DNA from: Octopus sinensis
Taxonomy: Eukaryota
DNA length: 64,000 nt
Assembly (NCBI RefSeq): GCF_006345805.1
Contig: NW_021831852.1
Coordinates: 2,373 to 66,372 of the forward strand
Direction: 5' to 3'
Shown here: in pieces, positions 54,401 to 64,000 of the stretch
How the letters are laid out: the number at the start of each line of letters is the position of its first letter
Numbering within the stretch: position 1 is the stretch's first letter
Program-made: the position numbers and the translations under genes
Notes under the pieces: model-generated
What the model was told of the DNA's origin: nothing
Database searches by the model: none
What the model saw: the letters and a program-made list of their open reading frames with translations, nothing else

Positions 54401-56048
54401 TGTAAATGGTTAATGGAATGACGCACAATGTAGAATGAGGACTGGACAAGCCACACACTGTAACTGATGGAAAAAGTTAAGGACTTATTCATTAAGTAAA
54501 TAGAGAGAGACTAAATATTAGTGAGAGAACACAACAGAGTACAGAATGCACTTCTATTCTTCTCCGCCTCACCCAAATCGTCTACCTATCGCTGAAACCT
54601 TGCTCTTTTCATGCACCACATCACCTCATAATATCCAGTATATCTTTGTAAAGTAATTCCGAAACTTACAATTCAAAACTGCTGCTACAAACTGCGTCCC
54701 CAATCAACCTTACGTTCCTTAAAAATGCCTGAATCTGCTCTCTATAAACCCTACACGTATATTTTATCGGTCGCCGACTCCATCACCAAAATATCCCCGT
54801 TCACTCGTGAACACCTTTTCAATTTGGGTAAACACGAGTACATGCGTTACAGAATCCTTTCTTTTTCTCCTTCTATTAACATCCTCGCAAAAACACTTCC
54901 CCACGCAAACTTAATAATAATCCACGTCATATCCCCAAATACTTGCCCGTATACACACAACATATATAACATATAATTACATATATTATATATATATATA
55001 TAATAATATTATATAATTGATTCAGATGAATATGGTACTTAAGTTGAGGCTCCAGAATTTACTACGACATTATCCATACATTTCAAATTAAGGTGATTAA
55101 AATAAAATAAGCAACGATGATATCCAGAGATAATGCAGTACTTTCGTTTCATGCAATTCCATTTAATTGAACAATGCAATCATTACATCAGTTTAAAATT
55201 TAGAGCAATTTCAGCTGCAAAAACGTCGGATTTAATGAAATTACAACAGATGGACACATTTGTATAATTATACTTAAAATCTCCAAGATATTACAGAGAA
55301 ACATGTTGTCTCTACTTCAGCATAGCAGTTACTAAAATTATCAAGAAGACTCAGCTTACCACTGATTTTTTGTCTTTCTGGGGTCAGTTTTAATTATAGA
55401 CTAATTTACAAATCCTTGGTATATCTAAGGCTGAGATACATAGGGCAGTATCTGTAGGGGGAGGGCTCAGGCAGTAGATAGACATTGTAGTTGGTATAAT
55501 TATAAAATAATCAAGAATTATTATAAGCAATACCATGAGGTTTAGTAAGGGAAAACTTAAAACAAGATGTTAGCTGATAATTAAGGGGGTCGCAACTGGC
55601 AGACTATTGACAATGAAAACGGAAGGTCTATCAATATTATAGTTAAATATTTTAAACAATGTTGCTATGAATACAGTTGAAGTTAGGGTTTCCAAAGGAT
55701 TATTTAGAAGAATATTATAACAAAAAGGATAGAAATTGTTGAATATTTTTCTATTCATAAGTATCATAAATTTCTTGATAATTTGATATTATTAACTTCT
55801 ATGCTGATGTAGAGACAAACTGTTCTTTGTGTATCTCCTTAACTCTTGGAAATTTTAGGTATAATTATACTAATGTGTCAATCTGTTTTAATTTAATAAA
55901 TCCTATGTATTTGTGCAGCTTAAGTTTGCTCTATATTTTAAATTAATATAATGATTGTATTGTTCAATTAAATGGAGTTGCATGAAACAATCGTACTGCA
56001 TTATCTCTGGATATCCTTTGCTTTACTTCGATATCTATATATATTATA

Positions 56049-56095
<47 letters not shown>

Positions 56096-56304
56096 GAGAA
56101 TGCAAATGCATATCTAGGATCTCATGCATACAGCGACACTTCTTGCACTCACATAAACACTAACATATATACACCACAATTCCTTCACCCGTTGCTAAAC
56201 ATGACTTCTTTTAAGGTCAAACTGTAATGAATGTTTCCGTAATTTCATATATAATTTTACTTAATATCTTCTTTTTTACTTGATTTATTCTTACCAATTC
56301 TAGG
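47490..56304 (+). pseudogene. Copy D: exon 1 47490-47631, exon 2 51723-51775, exon 3 53860-53933; exon 4 deleted
   Basis: Exon lengths 142/53/74 vs consensus 144/52/75; exon 2 reads GAC GAG AAA ACC TGA; after the exon 4 acceptor (AG 56302-56303) the sequence jumps to the 3' flank (ATGCCAGAAATATC). Confidence 0.8.
52040..53300 (-). mobile_element. Same degenerate RTE-like LINE, copy D, with a ~0.7 kb internal deletion at ~53120
   Basis: GCAAAAGTC joins directly to GGACAAACGAAATT; these are ~690 nt apart in copy C (38070 vs ~38763). Confidence 0.75.
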
Positions 56305-59300
56305 ATGCCAGAAATATCATCAAAACAAGAAAAATCTAAATCTGTTCGAAATGATTCTAGAAAACATTTTGTAAGATTTCAGTTTATCAAACTTATCGTT
56401 GAAATAAAATGGATTTGTTTTTAACAGTATTTTGTCTTCTGTCTCATGATTCAACAAACCCCAATAAAGTACCACCATAGAATTATATCAGCTTTCATGC
56501 ACAGCCTTAGAAAATCTAATACTCGACGCTACTATCTCGACATCTTGGTTTTCAAATTACAAACACGGATTCTGACAAGGAGCATGACCGCTACATTACA
56601 TAGCACAGAACTTAACTGATTCTTTCAACAACACCAGATACTCCCACACAATCCATTCTATTTGCCGTTATTAATCAGGAAAAGCTTTCCGATCCATTCC
56701 TACCCCATATCTTATAAAACCTATTTATCGTCAACTTTAGAAATATCAAAAATGTTCAAATTAAGCTTTCTGAGAAATGTGGAATTTACACGATCAATCC
56801 CTCAAAAGACAGTCGAAATAAGTATTGGTCCTGCCAACCTAAATCTATATCACAAAATGTCCCACCTCTCTTCAGATAAGATACAAAAATGAAACTCGAT
56901 GCCCACAACATACACGTCATACACTAACGCTGATTATACAAGAACAAGAAAGGAAATCAACCAGAAAAATTGCCTCATTTCGACAGCAGAGACATCAAAT
57001 GCGACGATTTCTTTACTCATTACGTACAACAACCAGAACCGAAGAAATGATGGATCCTAGAAGCTGTACATTTCATGCGAAACGAATACAACACACATAA
57101 AAGTGAGAGTAAAGAGAGCAAATATAGTCAGGGCAAGCACGGATGCTGTGTAAGAAGGCTGAGATGTTGTGACCGTCACGGTATATCCAATAGGATCATG
57201 AGAGTATGTTGGAGTGTGTCGAATATGTGTTAGATAAACGAAGGTTTCGGGTTAACAGCATCAAGCTGCAATAAAGATTAAAGATTATTAATGTTTACTA
57301 TCCCAGTATATTAGTCTAATGGGTAAATCTGCATTCGCTTCTCCAGATTACAAATATTTCTGCGTTGTAAATCGTAAACATTGCAGAGAATACGGACGCC
57401 GGTAGATCTTCAAATTCATCTTTTGATTCAGCGGCATAATTAGACAGTTTAAAACGACCGCCATATGTTTAAGCTGTACAGAGCATGCGCAGCTGCATAT
57501 GCAACCCGCCATTACAATAGGAAAAATTATGGGACTTGTTGAAATTAACCTTATTTCGAGGGCCAAACAGAGAGTGTTACACACACACACACACAGACAC
57601 ACACACAACAAACACACAAACACACACACACAATACACACACCACACACAAATTACACACGCACGCACACACACACATACACACACACACACGCCACACA
57701 CAACATACATACACATATATATACAAATAGATTAAATTAGGTCAAACTATATCTGAGGGGTCTAATATGCTTCCTCTGAGAAATTTTAATCATAACAATG
57801 GAATTCCGTCGTACATATGCAGTACATACGGGAGGTGCACTTGCGATTGAGTTTCAAATGGGAGACACTGTACCTGGATGTTTTGCTAGGATTTATAAAC
57901 AAGAAGAAAAGTATTCAAAGCTAGTGATAATTACGAGCTAAAAAATGTATGAATGTCATTATTCGGTTTTAATAGAATATTCTGGTCCACACGAAATAGA
58001 GACGGCTTCTAACTGAGTTCCGAGTATCTTCATTGGAATTTCAACAACAGGAACAGGATATTTTTGTATGTATGTCTGTATGTATGTATGTATGTATGTA
58101 GTATGCATGTATGTAGTATGTATGTATGTAGGGATGTAGTATGTATGTATGTATGTATGCAGGAATGTATGTATGTATGTATGTATGTGTTGTATGATGT
58201 ATGTATGTATGTATGTATGATGTATGTATGTATTGTATGATGTATGTATGTATGTATGTATGCATGAATGTCGGGTATGTATGTATGTATGTATGCATGT
58301 ATGTAAGTAGGTATGCAGTATGTAGTATGTATGCATGTAGGTATGTATGCATGTGATGTATTATATGCATGAATGTATGTATGTATGTATGTATGTAGTA
58401 TGTATGTATGTATGAATGTATGTATGTATGTATGTGTATGTATGTATGTATGTATGTATGTATGCATGTATGTATGTAAGTATGTATGTATGTATGCAGG
58501 GCTGTATGTATGTATATATGCATGAATGTATGTATGATGCATGTATGCATGTATGTATGTATGTATGTATGTATGCATGCATGTATGTATGTATGTATGT
58601 ATGCATGTATGCGTGTATGTATGTATGTATTATGTATGCATGCATGAATGTATGCTTGTATGTATGTATGCATGTATGTATGTATGCAGTATGCAGGTAT
58701 GCATGTATGTATGCATGTATGCAGGTAGTATGCAGTATGTATGTATGTATGTATGTATGTATGTATGTATGTACGTGTGTATGTATGTAGTATGCATGTA
58801 TGTATGTTTGTATTGTTAGGTATGTATGTATGTATGTATGTAGTATGCATGTATGTATGTATGTATGTATGTATGTATATATGTAGGTATGTATGCATGT
58901 ATGTATGTATGTCAGGTCACTTTCGAGTGCTACTGGTGACATGTAACCCAGTACAACCTGTTGCATTGTCGGGTCGTCGGCGACTAAGCCGGCACCCCAC
59001 GAAGCTGCTGGTGATGAGCGAGTTTATTGGACACCCTGCGGGATGAAAAACAAAACCGTCAAAGGACGGAGGAACTCTTGAGAGTCAACGGCCATCCAAT
59101 ACCGTCTTAAGGCTGTATCATTCGCGGGGACATAGAAATAATCGGACTGAATATCCGATCGCGCGGTTAAACCATTGGGAGTGAAGGACTCCTAGACTTT
59201 GTTAGGGCATCCTTCTAGAAGGTAACTCAGGTAACCGGGATAACTCCGATATAAAACCTGCGGCTCAGTGGTTACCGATGATGTTGACTTGTTCTTCTTT

Positions 59301-60567
59301 TCGGATTATGGCTGCTGTTGCTTAGTGGCTGGGATTGACTCAGCGCACAGCCTTTCCTCGCTTTAAAAAAAATCTTCATGCACAGGCATTGCACGATAAT
59401 AATATTGATTAAGCACCGAGCAATGGCCATACTCGATAACGAGGGGGCAGCCACCATATATGTATGTATGTATGGATGGATGGATGGATGTAAGTATATA
59501 TGCATGTATGTATGGATGTATGTATATATATATGTATGTGTATATGTGTCTATCGATATATACACGCTTACATTCAAACATACATGCATGTATACATGTA
59601 TACATACATATATGTATAAATATATGCATACATATATGTATGTATGTATGAAAGTATGTATGTATGTTTGTATGTATGTATGTGTGCATGTATGTGTGTA
59701 TGTATGTATATATATGTATATATGTGTGTGTATGTAAGTATATATGTATGGGGGTATGTATGTATGTATATATGTATGTATATACCCGAGTGTGTATGTA
59801 TGCATGTATGTATGTATGTGTGTATGTATGTATGTGTGTGTTTATGTATGTATGTGTGTGTGTATGTATGTATGCATGTTTGTATGTATGTATGGGTGGG
59901 TGGGAATTGGTAGGTTTTGATTTTGATATTCACATAAAACTTTTCTAATCCGATTAACGCTTGTTGTGAAGAATCCAATCCGAACAGCGGACTTCATTAG
60001 ATTAAGTCTTGCGATTACTGTGTGGGTTGAACGAAATACTTCCCACGCTGAATATTAAAACAGTGTGTGAGTGTGTGTGTGTGTGTGAGTGTGAGTGTAT
60101 GTGTGTGTGTGTGTGTGTGTGTTGTGTGTGTGTGTGTGTGTGAGTGTATGTGTGCGTGTGGGAGTGTGTGTGCGTGTGTGTGTCAGAGTATGTGTGTGTG
60201 TGGGAGTGTGTGTGTGTGTCAATGTGTGTGTGTGTGTCAATGTGTGTGTGTGTGTGTCCGTGTATGTGTGTGTGTCAGTGTGTGTGCGTGTGTGTGTCAG
60301 CGTGTGTGTGTGTGTGTGTCAGTGTGTGTGTCTGTGTCAGTGTCTGTGTGTCAATGTGTATGTGTGTGCGTGAGTGTGTGTGTGTGTGTGTGTGTGTAAG
60401 ACAATGTATCTGTGTGTGTGTGTCAGTGTGTGTTGGTGTCTGTGGGTTTGTGTGTTGGTGTGTGTGTATGTCAGTGTGTGTGTGTTAGTGTGTGTGCGTG
60501 TGTGTGTCTGTGTGTCAGTGTGTGTGGGTGTGTGTGTGTTCGTGTTTGTGTCAGTGTGTGTATGTCA

Positions 60568-60598
<31 letters not shown>

Positions 60599-61031
60599 CG
60601 CGTGCGTCTGTGTATTCGTCTGTTGAACGAAATATTTCCCACAATGAATATTAAAACAGTTTCCCAAGAATAACAAATAAAATTAAATAAAAACATTAGT
60701 AAATAAATATATCATAATATATCCAGAAATAGGAATCATTTCACTTTACACGTGTCTCTCATTCATCAAAATATTTTGCTAATTATTGTGTGACAATATC
60801 AAACCATCTCTTTCCAATAATTAAACCTGTCAGACAATTTCACACCCGCTTTTACAGTTCCACCAATCGCATTGGTTCATAAATTTACGATAAGATCTAT
60901 GCCAGAGCTGGGTTGTTGTGCGCTCAATAAATACGTGGAATTCAGTTACAGGTCTTCAGCTTAAACCTCGCATCTCGATCTTTTGTTGAAGCCACACGAA
61001 GTATCACGTACGACCGACAACTGTCACCAGA

Positions 61032-61173
61032 ATGGACTTCGCACAACTGTCCAGGAATATTTCGCAGCGTTATTCCATTTCTTCTCTCATAGCTTTTGGG
61101 TTCTTCTCGTTCTGACGATCGTGATTCTTCATCAAGATTCAAGAATAGGAAAATGGAAAGAGAATCGAAAACG
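61032..61173 (+). CDS. Copy E exon 1 (rest of the gene lies beyond the window); 142 nt as assembled
   Basis: ATGGACTTCGCACAACTG... with donor ACG|gtaagt at 61174; frame lost at TTTGGG (one G missing). Confidence 0.75.
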
Positions 61174-61507
61174 GTAAGTCATGGATTTTGTGTTAATATA
61201 TTTATGTCTTTATGTATTTATATATGCATGTATGTATGTATGCATTAACGTATGTATGTATGAAAATATGGATGTATGTAGGTACCGATGGATGTATGGA
61301 TGGACGGATGTACATATGTTCCTATAGAGCACACACACACACACACATACGATCCATCACACCCGTAATCACAGAAAAACACACAGGCGCACACACCTAA
61401 ACATACATATGTGTATATACATATATATACATATACATATATTTGTATATATAATATACAGATATATGTATATATAAACATACATATATATGAATATATT
61501 AGTGCGT

Positions 61508-61582
<75 letters not shown>

Positions 61583-61880
61583 CAAACACATAAATGCGGT
61601 TGTGTATATATCTCTCTCTCTATATATATATATATTTTGGTTTCTCTAGAAATCATTTTTTAAAGTAGAAGAAATAGCTAAGATTTTTGGCTGCTATTTC
61701 TAAACTTCGGTATGTGGTAAAGCAAATCTTTGCTGAACTCTTTTTATTAAGTATGTATATATATATATATATATATATACATACATATATATATATATAC
61801 ACACATATATATATATATATAAATACAAACATGTATATTCGTGTGTGTATGTTACTATCTGTGTATCTTTCTCTATATAC

Positions 61881-61918
<38 letters not shown>

Positions 61919-62189
61919 CTATAAATATATTCTTTCACCCGTTTCAGTCATTTGACTGCGACCATGCTAGAGCTCTGCCTTTAGTAGAACAAATCGACTT
62001 CGGCAATTATTGTTTGTAAGCCTAGTGCTCATTCTATCGGTATCTGTAGCCGAACCGCTATGTAACGGGGACGTAAACACACCGACATCACTTGAGAAGC
62101 GATAGTGGTGCGACAATCACAGACACATACATAATACATATATACATACATACACATGTGTGTGTGTGTGTGAGTGTGTGTGTGTGTGT

Positions 62190-62234
<45 letters not shown>

Positions 62235-62235
<1 letters not shown>

Positions 62236-62390
62236 GCACCCTTCTTTCAGTCTCAATCTACCAAATCTACTGACGTGGCTCTGGTCAGCTCGAGTATATA
62301 TTGGTAGGCATTCGTCCAATTTTCTACGCAGTGGGACTGAACAGAATACCTAGGTGTTAAAAAGCAAGTGTCTTACCACACAGACACTGT
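62235..62390 (-). mobile_element. tRNA-headed SINE fragment of a second family, copy E only
   Basis: Reverse complement has AGTGTCTGTGTGGTAAGA (A box-like) and GTTCAGTCCCACTGCG (B box-like). Confidence 0.55.
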
Positions 62391-62519
62391 AATATATATA
62401 TATATACATATATACAGATAAAGGGGGAAATATAATTAATTTAATAAAATCAAAAAATTTCACCTAGTAGTACTTCGGTATGGAAAAGGACCATATACGG
62501 TAAAAGTATATATAATTAT

Positions 62520-62690
62520 AATAAGGGCTCTTTGCAACATGTTGCTTCAACCACATACCGAAAATGTTAGAAATAGCAGTCAAAGGGCTACCGTTTCTAC
62601 CATTGTTGTAATAGAATTGGTAGGCCTTTGACTGCTATTTCTAACATTTTCGGTATGTAGTTAAGCAACTTATTGCCAAAACCCTTATTA
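62520..62690. mobile_element. ~170-bp palindromic MITE-like element, copy E only (single-arm relic at ~61630-61750)
   Basis: Perfect 32-bp inverted repeat 62554-62585 / 62626-62657, extended by imperfect outer arms AATAAGGG...CCCTTATT. Confidence 0.75.
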
Positions 62691-62698
62691 AATTATAT

Positions 62699-62745
<47 letters not shown>

Positions 62746-63674
62746 ATATATATATCACCGCTCGGTCTGAGAATCGAAAGCGCGATCCTACGACCACTAG
62801 GCCATTGTACCTCCACACACACACACACACACATAATATTATATAAATATCATATATACATACACACATATATAGTTACGTATGTATATACATACATATC
62901 TATCTCTCTATCTATCTATCTATCTATCTATATATATATATATATATATTGGATATGGATATATATGTATGTATTAATATATACATATACACACACACCC
63001 CAGGAAACACAAAGAAGAGTGGAATTGTACTCCTGTCCGATCGCTCTTTCACCAGACATAATCCTGGAGAGGGAAATAAGTGCGTAATGAAAAAAATCTA
63101 ATGGTGGGGTTCTAGCATGGCCATGCCCTGTCGCTGCAACGTTTAGCCCTATAATATTAGTGTTAAGTATTATATCTAGATGTACACTTACACACACGCA
63201 CAGAAACAGACACATACAAACACACACACACGCACACATAGGAATACGTACATATTTACCACACATTTATCTATTTCTCTCCATCGGAACGGAAGTGAGG
63301 CGAGTTTTTTTTTAATCTTTTCTTTCCAACTGAAAATAAAACGTGCGAGTGCCAATGTAGATCGGTGATTTCGTAATGTTTGACTGTAATTCACGTTGGT
63401 TTTTATATATGACAATAGTAAGAACGAATGTAAATACATACACACAGACACACGGACAAACACACGCACAGATAACACAAAACACCACACATACGCACGC
63501 ACACAGACACACGTGCTCAATTGTACACGAACAATCACACTATACAGTGTATGTCCACTCACATATATGTGTGCGTTTGTGTGTGTGTATGCGTATAAGT
63601 AGATACGTGTATTTGTGATATTTATGGTGTGTATGCTTAAGTATACTGTATATATATATATATTATATATATTG

Positions 63675-63705
<31 letters not shown>

Positions 63706-64000
63706 TGTGTGTGTGCGTGTGTGTGTGCGTGTGTGTGTTTGTATATGTGTGTGTGTTTGTGTTTTTTTGTGTGTGTGCGTGTTTGTGTGGTGTTTGTGTG
63801 TGTGTGTGTGGGTGTTGTGTGGTGTGTGTGTGGAGCGCGTGGCCCGTGGTTAGTGCAGCGGAGTCACGGTTGTAGGATCGCGGTTTCGATCCCAGACTGG
63901 GCGTTGTGAGTGTTTAAGCTCTACGAGGCTCAGGCATGGGTTGGTTGATCACTACTGTACTCTTTCGCTACAACTTTCTCCCTTTCTTCTGTTGGCCTGC

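Larger units (their letters stand above)
1..64000 (+). repeat. Tandem segmental array of a ~13-18 kb gene-containing unit (copies A-E)
   Basis: The same landmarks recur in the same order: exon 1 ATG at 16714/29779/47490/61032; exon 2 at 6256/20909/36640/51723; exon 3 at 9166/24002/39527/53860; exon 4 acceptor before 10875/26578/42056/56304. Confidence 0.95.

Noticed and set aside
1-64000. CRISPR arrays, rRNA genes or prokaryotic operons
   Set aside because: No repeat-spacer structure or rRNA signature; spliced eukaryotic organisation throughout.

Overview
Eukaryotic, AT-rich, microsatellite-dense DNA, most likely from an octopus (inferred from recognisable octopus-type SINE repeats and the gene family). 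The window is a head-to-tail tandem array of a ~13-18 kb unit, with five copies (A-E) seen in whole or part. Each unit carries a 4-exon + strand gene. Cross-copy consensus predicts a ~256-aa type II membrane or signal-anchored protein: MDFAQLSRNISQRYSISSLIAFGVLLVLTIVILHQDSRIGKMEEKSKT | NRFISKKSLDDKPDDTP | KPGLGSLYTRWGRTTCPPYSNLVYD | GV.GGQ...CVVCSKY. Its Cys-rich C-terminal domain is of the 'short-chain collagen C4-like' type, but there is no collagen triple helix. The three copies that retain the last exon share a near-invariant framework with three sharply hypervariable loops, the most interesting signal here. As assembled, every copy has at least one 1-nt indel (real lesions or long-read consensus error; I cannot tell which). 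Copy D has lost its terminal exon by a deletion starting at the splice acceptor. Introns and spacers hold RTE and CR1 LINE pieces, a Helitron remnant, tRNA-derived SINEs, a Penelope-type hammerhead-like motif, fold-back elements, a TRIM-like element and long TATG/GT/TA arrays. Most ORFs in the supplied track are microsatellite artefacts. Repeat-element coordinates are read by eye and approximate.
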